From assembly GCA_009838175.1 (NCBI GenBank), contig VXSB01000008.1, positions 32,305 to 96,304 of the forward strand: a stretch of DNA of 64,000 nt, read 5' to 3'. The notes beneath the pieces were generated by a model, which saw only the letters and a program-made list of their open reading frames with translations, did no database searches and had not been told where the DNA came from. The DNA is from Chloroflexota bacterium. Its GTDB lineage: Bacteria; Chloroflexota; Dehalococcoidia; Lucifugimonadales; Lucifugimonadaceae. Made by a program: the position numbers and the translations under genes. Positions 35,396-43,899 of this stretch are shown piece by piece (positions within the stretch are counted from its first letter, which is position 1; each line of letters starts with the position of its first letter).

Positions 35396-36849
35396 CGAAC
35401 CGCTACGACGACGTCATTGCCGAGATTGCTGAATACGCCTGCCGTCAAGGGAGGGTTGGCACTGACGAGGCTTTTAGCACCGCGCGAATAGCGCTCATGG
35501 ATTCCATCGGTTGTGCCTTCTTAGCACTTGGTTTTCCGGCATGCCGCGATTTCATCACCACCGAAGATTCGGTAGGCAACTACAGCGGTGGCACACCGAT
35601 ACCCGGGACCTGCCACGTCAAATCTGCGCCCCAAGCCGCGTTCGACATCACGACGGCAATTCGATGGCTCGACTTCAACGACACATGGCTTGCCAAGGAA
35701 TGGGGTCATCCCTCCGACAATTTCGGAGGGATTCTCGCGTCGACAGACTGCATCTCCAGATCTCGTAGAAAAGCTGACGGCCATACGTTTCTTGTGCGTG
35801 ATGTTCTTGAGATGGCGATACGATCCTACGAAATCCAAGGCGTTTTAGCCCTTGACAACGCATTCAACCGGGTCGGGATCGATCACGTGTTGCTCGTCAA
35901 GGTAGCTTCGGCTGCGGTTGCGGCAGCGGTCATGTCGGACAGCAATGAAGAAATCGTGGCATCCGCAGTTTCGCATGCGTGGCTCGATGCAACTTTGCGA
36001 ACCTACCGGCATGCCCCCAATACCAACGCCCGTAAATCTTGGGCCGCTGGAGATGCGACATCTCGCGGCGTTTCAATGGCCACGTTCGCATTGCGGGGTA
36101 TGGACGGCTGCTACTCAGCTCTAACTGCACCAAACTACGGTTTTCAAGATGTGTGGTTCGAAGGGCAGGATGTCACGCTGGGCAGGCCCCTTGAGTCGTA
36201 CGTGATGGAAAACGTGCTGTTCAAAGTCAAGTACCCGGCGGAATTCCATGGACAGACCGCGGTTGAAGCCGGTGTCGCGTTGCACCCGTTGATAGCACAT
36301 CGATTAGATGAGATCCGATCTATTGAAATCAAAACCCAAGAACCTGCGGTACGCATCATCGACAAAAAAGGTGAACTGAACAATCCAGCAGATCGCGATC
36401 ACTGCATCCAATACATGACAGCGGTGGCGCTATTAAAGGGCGATGTCACATCGGACGACTACGAGGACGACGCGTCGAATGATCCTCGGATTGATGCCTT
36501 GCGCGAAAAGATGGTTATCTCCGAACGACCCGAGTACACAGTCGAGTATCTCGATCCGGAAAAGCGTTCAATCGCGAATGCTGTGAAGGTGAATTTCGAT
36601 GATGGAAGCAGCACTGACGAAGTGGAGGTCCGTTTTCCGATCGGGCACCGAACCCGACGATCCGAAGCAATTCCGTTACTTTTCGACAAGTTCCACGCAA
36701 ACCTTGAAGCCACGTTTGGCGATTCCGAATTCACTCGTGGAGTCGGTGCCAAGTTCCGAAATTTGGAAGATTTAGACGAGGTATCTGTTACCGATTTCAT
36801 GGACGCGTTGAAGATGGACGCTCGTGCGGAAAGGACTGCTAAGAGTTGA
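35392..36849 (+). CDS. prpD: 2-methylcitrate dehydratase (MmgE/PrpD family)
   Basis: The ATG at 35392 (MTNRYDDVIAEIAEY...) forms an ATGA overlap with the prpC stop. Length and motifs are those of the PrpD family. The track ORF starting at 35227 is an out-of-context extension. Confidence 0.85.
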   Translation: MTNRYDDVIAEIAEYACRQGRVGTDEAFSTARIALMDSIGCAFLALGFPACRDFITTEDSVGNYSGGTPIPGTCHVKSAPQAAFDITTAIRWLDFNDTWLAKEWGHPSDNFGGILASTDCISRSRRKADGHTFLVRDVLEMAIRSYEIQGVLALDNAFNRVGIDHVLLVKVASAAVAAAVMSDSNEEIVASAVSHAWLDATLRTYRHAPNTNARKSWAAGDATSRGVSMATFALRGMDGCYSALTAPNYGFQDVWFEGQDVTLGRPLESYVMENVLFKVKYPAEFHGQTAVEAGVALHPLIAHRLDEIRSIEIKTQEPAVRIIDKKGELNNPADRDHCIQYMTAVALLKGDVTSDDYEDDASNDPRIDALREKMVISERPEYTVEYLDPEKRSIANAVKVNFDDGSSTDEVEVRFPIGHRTRRSEAIPLLFDKFHANLEATFGDSEFTRGVGAKFRNLEDLDEVSVTDFMDALKMDARAERTAKS

Positions 36850-38531
36850 CCAAAAAACTGACCGGAAGCGATCTGTTGAACATGTCGCTCAAAGCCGAGG
36901 GTGTTGACACGCTTTTCGGTATCGCGGGCGACCACATTCTCGATGTGTTGGATCGCATGGTCGATGAACCGTTCCGCATGATCGACACGCGTCACGAATC
37001 GGGCGCGGTTCATGCCGCCGACTCGTATGCACGCACACTCCGTCGCGCTTCGGTCGCATTATCGACGACGCCAGGACATGCCAACGCTGTGCCAGCTTTG
37101 GCGAACGCGTTGCATTCGGAGGCGCCTGTGGTCAACATCGCGGGCAGCGCCGATTCCCCAAATTTGGGACGTGGCGCGATGCAAGAGATCGATCAAGTTG
37201 GTATCGCCAAGCCAGTGACAAAGGGCGCTTGGGAAGTCCCGTCGCCGGAACGCATCCCAGAATACGTCGCGTTGGCTTTCCGCACTGCTCTTAGTGGTCG
37301 CCAAGGCCCGGTTCATCTGACTATCCCTCACGACTACCAGTCGGCGACCGTGGATGCTTCCGATTTCGAGCGATACGCGCCCCGCGAGTACAGCACACCT
37401 GCGAGAGTAATGGCGGATCCGGACCGGGTCCGACGAGCTGTTCGGCTGCTCAATTCTGCAAATCGACCATTGATAATGGCCGGTTCCTCAGCTGGAGCGA
37501 CAGCGGATCCTGACGAAGTTCTGCGATTAGTCGAAACTACTCGAATCCCGTTCGTGTCGGAAGACTCCGGGCGGGCACTCATCCCCGACTCTCATCCTTA
37601 CAGCATCGGTTTGGGATACCTCCCTTTGAACCGTGCAGCTCAGATGGTACGTGATGCCGACGTGATTCTTATGTTGGGTAAACGTTTGGACTACACGCTT
37701 GGTTTCGGCGGCAACCCACCGTTCAACAAGAATGTCAAGTTCATAATCGTCGATCCTTCGCCTGCCGAAATCGGGAGAGCGCGCACAGCCGAGGTCGCGG
37801 TTCTAAGTGATGTCGGCCCAGCGATTTCTCAACTTGCCGACGAAGCATCAGCATTAACTTGGCAAGAACCTGCGGAGTGGCTATCAGCGCTGCGAAACGA
37901 ACGGGAAGCATGGATGGAAGAGCTTTATGAACATGCCAGTCCATCTATGCCGATGCACCCGATGTATGTAAGTGAGACGCTCCAAAAGCATCTGGACGAG
38001 GATGCGCACATCACTTTCGACGGTGGTGATTACTGCCATTTCCTACGGGCCACAGTGCCCCGAGAAAGGCCATTCAGATTCCACAATGTTTCGAGCTTTG
38101 GCATGATCGGAGTCGGCATCGCTTATGGGATGGGAGCGCAGACGGCATTGCCGGGTACACAGTGCGTCGTTTGCGTTGGAGACGGTTCGTTCGGATTCAA
38201 CGGCATGGAACTCGATACGATGGTGCGCCATGATCTGCCAGTGAAGATATTGCTGGGCAACAACTCGATCTGGGGTATCGATTGGCAGATACAGAAGGGA
38301 ATCTATGGACGCCCTGTGTGGACCGATCTAGCTCAGGGAACACGCTACGACCTAGTGGCTAGGGGTCTCGGTGCGTACGGCGAGAACGTCCAAACCGCGG
38401 AGGAGCTAGAGCCAGCCATGAAACGCGCGTTCGCACACAACGGGCCGGCGTTGCTGAACATAGAAGTCGATCAAATCATCAGCCCGGTCGCCGAAGCGGC
38501 GATCGATCGCAAGGTCGGTTCGCACGGTTAG
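36846..38531 (+). CDS. Thiamine-diphosphate-dependent enzyme (acetolactate synthase large subunit / 2-hydroxyacyl-CoA lyase / oxalyl-CoA decarboxylase-like)
   Basis: 561 aa. The N-terminal Pyr domain contains GVDTLFGIAGDHIL...RHESGAVHAADSYAR. The C-terminal ThDP motif is GDGSFGFNGMELDT...LLGNN. The TTG start overlaps the prpD stop. Confidence 0.75.
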   Translation: MTKKLTGSDLLNMSLKAEGVDTLFGIAGDHILDVLDRMVDEPFRMIDTRHESGAVHAADSYARTLRRASVALSTTPGHANAVPALANALHSEAPVVNIAGSADSPNLGRGAMQEIDQVGIAKPVTKGAWEVPSPERIPEYVALAFRTALSGRQGPVHLTIPHDYQSATVDASDFERYAPREYSTPARVMADPDRVRRAVRLLNSANRPLIMAGSSAGATADPDEVLRLVETTRIPFVSEDSGRALIPDSHPYSIGLGYLPLNRAAQMVRDADVILMLGKRLDYTLGFGGNPPFNKNVKFIIVDPSPAEIGRARTAEVAVLSDVGPAISQLADEASALTWQEPAEWLSALRNEREAWMEELYEHASPSMPMHPMYVSETLQKHLDEDAHITFDGGDYCHFLRATVPRERPFRFHNVSSFGMIGVGIAYGMGAQTALPGTQCVVCVGDGSFGFNGMELDTMVRHDLPVKILLGNNSIWGIDWQIQKGIYGRPVWTDLAQGTRYDLVARGLGAYGENVQTAEELEPAMKRAFAHNGPALLNIEVDQIISPVAEAAIDRKVGSHG

Positions 38532-38561
38532 TTCCCGAGACGCGTCGAAGGAGAAGAGAGC

Positions 38562-38963
38562 ATGACGATCAAAGTTGACAAGACGCGGGTGCCCGACGGT
38601 AATGCCGGCTATTTTGATCCCGCTTTCGTCGAGCGACGAGAGCTGCTGCCCGGCGTTCAGGCCCAATTGATTTGGGGCGAGCGAATAATGATGGGCATTA
38701 TCGATATCGAGCCGAACGCTGTAGTCCCGTGGCATTCACACATGCACGAACAGTGCGGACGTGTCTTGGAAGGGTCGGCCTGGTTCGAACTAGAGGGTCA
38801 CGAAAAGACCAAATTGGTTGCGGGAGAACACTACGTCATCCCCGGCCACGTCCCGCATCAGGTGACCGCGACTAACGAGGGTTGCGTAGCACTTGACATT
38901 TGGTCGCCGATTCGAGAAGAGTACATTTCCGACGACATCGGATTCTTCAGCGATTCAGATTAG
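38562..38963 (+). CDS. Cupin-domain protein
   Basis: 133 aa with cupin motifs (PWHSHMHEQCGRVLEG ... HYVIPGHVPHQV). Confidence 0.7.
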   Translation: MTIKVDKTRVPDGNAGYFDPAFVERRELLPGVQAQLIWGERIMMGIIDIEPNAVVPWHSHMHEQCGRVLEGSAWFELEGHEKTKLVAGEHYVIPGHVPHQVTATNEGCVALDIWSPIREEYISDDIGFFSDSD

Positions 38964-39000
38964 TCGCCGATAACTCAATAGAACCGACGCTAACCCGAGA

Positions 39001-39030
39001 ATCCCGTCCGCTTAATCCGACGGACGGGAT
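39001..39030. terminator. Perfect 10-bp stem hairpin between the convergent cupin and sodN genes
   Basis: ATCCCGTCCG-cttaatccga-CGGACGGGAT, read directly. No strong U-tract on either side, so terminator function is uncertain. Confidence 0.4.
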
Positions 39031-39055
39031 AGTATTCGATCCGAATGGGAATGGG

Positions 39056-39490
39056 TTACTGCTTGGTTTCCCAGAAGATTTTGCCGATCTCTTCTAGGGT
39101 GGCTTTGAAGCTCTGCGCCGCTTCCATGTCGACGTTTTGCTTCGCTTGGCTACCTAGTTTGCAAGCGTTCCAGACCAGTTCGTGAAGGTTCGGGTACTGC
39201 TCGAGATGCTCGGGCTTGAAGTAGTCTGTCCAGATGACGAGGATGTCGTCCTTGGCCTTTTTGGCGTGTTCTTCCTTAGCGACGACATATCGGATGAGAT
39301 TATTCCGTGTCGAAACGTCCGACACGTCACCCGCTTCTTCGATCAGCTCAGTCATCCGGATGACGGTCTGGGCTGCCTGAATTGCGTCGTGAGGGTCATA
39401 AATCCCGCACGGTATGTCGCAGTGCGCATGGGCAACGCCGATTGGGGACAAACGGTCAGCTATTCTTCTGACACTTCGTAGCATCGTCAT
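39056..39490 (-). CDS. sodN: Nickel superoxide dismutase precursor
   Basis: Carries the Ni-hook sequence HCDIPCGIYDP directly after a leader ending ...GVAHA. I prefer the ATG at 39490 (MTMLRSV..., AAGGA 5 nt upstream). The track ORF starts at 39502. Confidence 0.9.
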   Translation of the reverse strand: MTMLRSVRRIADRLSPIGVAHAHCDIPCGIYDPHDAIQAAQTVIRMTELIEEAGDVSDVSTRNNLIRYVVAKEEHAKKAKDDILVIWTDYFKPEHLEQYPNLHELVWNACKLGSQAKQNVDMEAAQSFKATLEEIGKIFWETKQ

Positions 39491-39505
39491 GGTTCCTTTC
39501 ATGTT

Positions 39506-39526
39506 TCCGCGAGACCACCTCGCGGA
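39506..39526. promoter_or_regulatory. 8-5-8 perfect inverted repeat in the sodN/sodX divergent control region
   Basis: TCCGCGAG-accac-CTCGCGGA, read directly, located 16 nt upstream of the preferred sodN start. Confidence 0.35.
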
Positions 39527-39584
39527 CCAGTAGGGCGATAGTCGATAACATGTCGATTACCGGTATCAAGAATAGACTAATCCG

Positions 39585-40070
39585 ATGTTCGCTAGCGTCA
39601 AAACGAAATTACAGGCGATCGTCGAAGCTCCGGGCAGATTTCTCGATCGTCTGACTAGCAAATGGGTGCTGATTGTAGGTCACTCGATGCACCCGGTATT
39701 GCGAGACCGGCAAAAAGTGCGCGTTAGCCGTCGTGCCTTCAAGCATTCCGAACCGGCACGCTGGGATATCGTCCTATTCGAACACCCTGAACGGGAACGT
39801 TTCTGGGAGACGAAGCGAATCGTGGGTTTACCAGGTGAGGACGTGCAGCTAATTGACGGACGACTTCAAATCGATGGTGTCGAAACCGAGGATCCGTTTA
39901 TCTACGGCGGTCAACCTCGGATGGATCGAACTTGGGCATTACGAGAGGACGAATACGTCGTGATGGGCGACAACCGCAAACGTTCAACTGACAGCAGGAC
40001 GTTCGGCCCCGTCCCACGCGGCAACATCTTGGGCAAGGTAATCGTCGATCCTCAACAGCCACCGAGTTAA
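39585..40070 (+). CDS. sodX: S26 signal-peptidase-like NiSOD maturation protease
   Basis: 161 aa. Contains GHSMHPVL (catalytic Ser box), RIVGLPGE and GDNRKRSTDSR. It is divergent from sodN, as in the known sodN-sodX pairs. Confidence 0.8.
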   Translation: MFASVKTKLQAIVEAPGRFLDRLTSKWVLIVGHSMHPVLRDRQKVRVSRRAFKHSEPARWDIVLFEHPERERFWETKRIVGLPGEDVQLIDGRLQIDGVETEDPFIYGGQPRMDRTWALREDEYVVMGDNRKRSTDSRTFGPVPRGNILGKVIVDPQQPPS

Positions 40071-40498
40071 CGGCCGCTGGTCATCTCGTGAATCAACGTG
40101 TTCACTCTACGAGCAATGTCGTGGATAAGCGGCACGATCTCATCGTCAGACGACATCTTGGACGGGTCGGGCAATCCCCAATCATCTACATCCGCGAAGT
40201 TGATGGCGGGGCAAGACTCAGCGTCCACTTCGCAGCCCATCGTGACAGTCCTTGGTCCGCGTTGCAACATTTCGTCTGTCATCAACTTCGGAACTTCCTG
40301 CGACGCGTCGAGATTGAACGACTCCAATACACGTTGAACTGCTGGATTGATTCGTGCTCCCGGCGCGGTTCCTGCGGATTGAGCGCGCATTTCCAAACCT
40401 AGCTTGGAGGCGCGGTCGTTGAATATGGTTTTTGCGGCGACGCTTCGTCCCGCATTGTGAGTGCAAACGAATAGCACGTCTATCTGGTCTTTACTCAT
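40067..40498 (-). CDS. arsC: Arsenate reductase, low-molecular-weight phosphatase family
   Basis: 143 aa with the P-loop VLFVCTHNAGRS. The start has an 8-nt ATGAGTAA overlap with the upstream MIP gene stop. Confidence 0.75.
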   Translation of the reverse strand: MSKDQIDVLFVCTHNAGRSVAAKTIFNDRASKLGLEMRAQSAGTAPGARINPAVQRVLESFNLDASQEVPKLMTDEMLQRGPRTVTMGCEVDAESCPAINFADVDDWGLPDPSKMSSDDEIVPLIHDIARRVNTLIHEMTSGR

Positions 40499-41375
40499 AT
40501 TTGCTCCTCGCGATTTGGACGGGTTCCGGTTTACCGCCTGGCAAACCAGGTTCGATGACCAGTTTGAACATCAACGCACCCAACGGTGCGCCGACGAGTG
40601 GGCCAAGAATGTAGACCCAGAATCCGCCTTCTGGTCCTGGGATAGCGATATCTCCCCAGCCCGCGAGCCACGAAACGATCCGCGGTCCGAAATCCCGCGC
40701 TGGGTTCCATCCCCCCTGCGTTATCGGCGCGAACAAACTGATCAGTGCGGCAACGGTAAACCCGATGAAGAACGGCACCATTCCGTTCGTCGGGATACCA
40801 GCGTTGCGTCGTTCGGTCAGCGCAAATATGACGAAAGCGAGGATTGCAGTCCCGAACGCCTCAACGGCGAACGCGTGCAGAGGAGATACGGAGAATATAG
40901 CCGAATCAAACATGCCAGGGTTAGGAAAATACTCGCCGAACGCCATCGCAGACCTTTGGCTACCCGCTTCACCCCGAACGATGTCGTTTTCTGTTTCAAA
41001 TCGGTCGATGAACGGGTTGAATAGGATCAAGACCACCACACCCGCAATGACGGCCCCGATCAACTGTGCAGCCCAATATGCGAACAGGCGGTTCAACGGG
41101 AACTGATCGCGTCGGAAGATTGCGAATGACAGACTCACCGCTGGGTTGAGATGAGCACCGGATACCGCGCCGCTGACGTATATTGCCAATGTGACACCGA
41201 ATCCCCACACGGCTGCGACTTGCCATAAACCAACCTGCGCACCGGTGAAAACTGCGGCAGCGACTGAACCTATTCCGAACAATACCAGAATGAAAGTACC
41301 CAATATCTCCGCCAAGCAAGCGCTCAACAGCGGGGTTGATTCCAAATTGGACGCGCCATGTCGCAATAAGCTCAT
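40491..41375 (-). CDS. MIP-family aquaglyceroporin (AqpS/GlpF-like, candidate arsenite channel)
   Basis: 294 aa with two NPA boxes (HLNPAVS and WNPARD). The start forms an ATGA overlap with the hemB stop. Confidence 0.8.
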   Translation of the reverse strand: MSLLRHGASNLESTPLLSACLAEILGTFILVLFGIGSVAAAVFTGAQVGLWQVAAVWGFGVTLAIYVSGAVSGAHLNPAVSLSFAIFRRDQFPLNRLFAYWAAQLIGAVIAGVVVLILFNPFIDRFETENDIVRGEAGSQRSAMAFGEYFPNPGMFDSAIFSVSPLHAFAVEAFGTAILAFVIFALTERRNAGIPTNGMVPFFIGFTVAALISLFAPITQGGWNPARDFGPRIVSWLAGWGDIAIPGPEGGFWVYILGPLVGAPLGALMFKLVIEPGLPGGKPEPVQIARSKYE

Positions 41376-42382
41376 TGACTATCGCCTTTAATCCATCTGG
41401 TAGCGTCGATGGAAAAGTAGCTGATGATGTTGTCTGCTCCCGCCCGCTTGATGCTCAGGAGCACCTCTAGGACGGTGTTCTTCAAGTCGATCCAACCATT
41501 CTCCGCCGCAGCGTGGATCATAGAAAATTCGCCGCTCACGTTGTAGGCGTACAGCGGGCGTTCAGGAAATTGTGCTTTTGCGTGGGTAATGACGTCGAGA
41601 TATGCGAGTGCGGGTTTGACCATGATGTAGTCGGCGCCCTCTGCGATGTCGGCTTCGATCTCATTCATGGCTTCAACCCGCTGGCTCGTTGCCATCTGGT
41701 AGCTTCGCCGATCCCCGAAGCTCGGAGTTGAATCCGCCGCATCCCTAAACGGCCCGTAAAAGGCAGACGCATACTTTGCTGAGTAGCCAAGTATCTTGAC
41801 GTCTCGATGTCCCGCGTCGTCAAGGGCTGTTCTAATAGCCGCAACCTGACCGTCCATCATTGCCGATGGTGCTACTACTTGTGCGCCGGCGTCGGCATGT
41901 GAAACCGCGGCGGACGCTAGCAAGGGTAGGGTGGCGTCGTTATCAACTTCACTGTTTTCGGTCAATTTGCCGCAATGCCCATGATCGGTGTATTCACACA
42001 TGCAGACATCGGTGATCGCTAAAGCCTCGGGAAATCCCTTTCGAAGTTCTGATACAGTGCGTTGAACCGCTTCCTCAGGTGACCATGCCTTTGATCCCGT
42101 CGCATCTTTTTCATCTGGTATCCCGAAAAACAGGAAGCGATTGATCCCAACTGTCAGCGCGGTTTCCGCCTCCGCCATGGCTTCGTCGACCGACAGTCTC
42201 GCGATGCCGGGCATGGACGGCACTGGTTCTCGACGGTTTTCGCCGTTAATCACGAACATGGGGTAAACGAATTCAGAACCATCCAACCGCGTCTCGGCAT
42301 TCTGCGAGCGCACTTCGGCATTCGAACGCAAAGGACGAAATCTTTGGAAATCGGGTAGGGCAGAGGACGACATTGCGTTCAA
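41372..42382 (-). CDS. hemB: Porphobilinogen synthase (delta-aminolevulinate dehydratase), Zn-type
   Basis: 336 aa. Contains the Cys-rich metal site DVCMCEYTDHGHCG and IMVKPAL (the Schiff-base Lys region). Confidence 0.9.
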   Translation of the reverse strand: MNAMSSSALPDFQRFRPLRSNAEVRSQNAETRLDGSEFVYPMFVINGENRREPVPSMPGIARLSVDEAMAEAETALTVGINRFLFFGIPDEKDATGSKAWSPEEAVQRTVSELRKGFPEALAITDVCMCEYTDHGHCGKLTENSEVDNDATLPLLASAAVSHADAGAQVVAPSAMMDGQVAAIRTALDDAGHRDVKILGYSAKYASAFYGPFRDAADSTPSFGDRRSYQMATSQRVEAMNEIEADIAEGADYIMVKPALAYLDVITHAKAQFPERPLYAYNVSGEFSMIHAAAENGWIDLKNTVLEVLLSIKRAGADNIISYFSIDATRWIKGDSQ

Positions 42383-43899
42383 CTATCGCAGAAGTGGTTT
42401 TCGATCGCTGAGACTAGCCCAGAAATTGATTGCTCTTCGGGAATTATGTCGACTCGTAATCCGAACGATTGCGCTGTAGACGCGGTTATAGGTCCCATAC
42501 AGGCTACGACGCAGTTGTTAATTGGCGTTACATTCCCACCGAGCAATTGCCGGAGGTTCTTTACCGTTGACGAGCTGGTGAAGGTGACAATATCGATTCC
42601 ATCTTCGAATGCTCGAACAGCCACATCGGCAGAATCTTCCGCCAAAACAGTTCTGTATGCGGCAACTTCAGTTACTTCAGCACCGAGTCGCCGCAATCCC
42701 TCTGGCAATGTCTCCCGCCCGATATCTGATTTGAAGACTAAAGCCGACTTTGGCGCTAAACCCGCTGATCGAAACTTGTCTACAAGACCTTCGGCAGTGT
42801 AAGTGTCTGGAGTCAGATCGGCGACGACACCGTGCTGTTTCAACGCATCGACTGTTGCCGGACCAACAGCGGCAACGTTGCAACCATGGAACGACCGTGC
42901 ATCCATTCCGAGTGCATTCAAACGTTTGAACACCTGATTGACCCCGTTCGGGCTTGCGAACGCGACCCATTCGTACTTGCTTAGTCCACATAAAGAAGCA
43001 TCGAGGTCGTCCGTATTTTTGACCGCGACGGATTTGATCGCGGGACACTCTACGACGATCGCACCGAGGGCCGTCAGACCAGAGGCAAGCCTACTCGCTT
43101 GACTCCTGGCACGCGTCACCAAGACGCGTTTGCCAAATAACGGACGATTGTCAAACCACCTGACCGTATCGCGCAGGTTTACGACATCGCCAACGATCAT
43201 CGCGATTGGCGCGCCGAGGCCAGCGAGATTGATTTTCGAATCAATATCAGAAAGGGTCCCCACAACTGTCTGCTGAGCTGTGGATGTTCCGCGGTGAATG
43301 GCAGCGGTCGGCTCGTTCGGCGATCGTCCGCACATGATCAACTCCGACGCAATCTCGCTTATCCGGGAAGCGCCCATCAGGACTACGATAGTCCCATTCG
43401 TATTCGCAATCGCTTGCCAGTTGGCGCTCGCTTGAGGTGGTTTCTCGAACTCGCTTCCGGTTACGACGGTCACTGAAGACGCGATTCCGCGATGCGTCAC
43501 AGGTATCCCAGCATACGAAGCGGCTCCAATCGCCGAGGTGATGCCTGGGATCACGACGAACGGCACTCCCGCATTGGCGAGTGCGATAGCTTCTTCGCCA
43601 CCGCGACCAAAAATGAACGGGTCGCCGCCTTTCAGACGACACACGTTTTGTCCGAGCAAGGCACGTGTTACTAGCAAATCGTTAATCTCACTCTGCGAGA
43701 GTGAAACCGACCCTGGAGCCTTGGCAGCGGAAATTAACTCCGCATCATCGCGGGTGTTGTCGAGCAACTCCGCGGGAGCCAGTCGGTCGTATACCACCAC
43801 ATCAGCGCGATGCAGCGCATTGAGACCCCTGACAGTGATAAGTCCGGGATCACCGGGTCCCGCCCCAACCAGATAGACGGTTCCGATTTCAGCCATCAC
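42379..43899 (-). CDS. Bifunctional uroporphyrinogen-III C-methyltransferase / uroporphyrinogen-III synthase
   Basis: 506 aa. The N-terminus VYLVGAGPGDPGLITVRG...GGDPFIFGRGGEE is CobA/SUMT-like. The C-terminal ~250 aa is HemD-like. Confidence 0.85.
   Translation of the reverse strand: MMAEIGTVYLVGAGPGDPGLITVRGLNALHRADVVVYDRLAPAELLDNTRDDAELISAAKAPGSVSLSQSEINDLLVTRALLGQNVCRLKGGDPFIFGRGGEEAIALANAGVPFVVIPGITSAIGAASYAGIPVTHRGIASSVTVVTGSEFEKPPQASANWQAIANTNGTIVVLMGASRISEIASELIMCGRSPNEPTAAIHRGTSTAQQTVVGTLSDIDSKINLAGLGAPIAMIVGDVVNLRDTVRWFDNRPLFGKRVLVTRARSQASRLASGLTALGAIVVECPAIKSVAVKNTDDLDASLCGLSKYEWVAFASPNGVNQVFKRLNALGMDARSFHGCNVAAVGPATVDALKQHGVVADLTPDTYTAEGLVDKFRSAGLAPKSALVFKSDIGRETLPEGLRRLGAEVTEVAAYRTVLAEDSADVAVRAFEDGIDIVTFTSSSTVKNLRQLLGGNVTPINNCVVACMGPITASTAQSFGLRVDIIPEEQSISGLVSAIENHFCDS

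Noticed and set aside
36459-37013. 184-aa minus-strand ORF over the prpD/ThDP-enzyme junction.
   Set aside because: It is antisense to translationally coupled, motif-supported genes. It is a shadow ORF.
40461-41024. 187-aa plus-strand ORF inside the aquaglyceroporin gene.
   Set aside because: It is antisense to a gene with both NPA boxes, and its composition is Arg/Glu/Asp-rich and non-protein-like.
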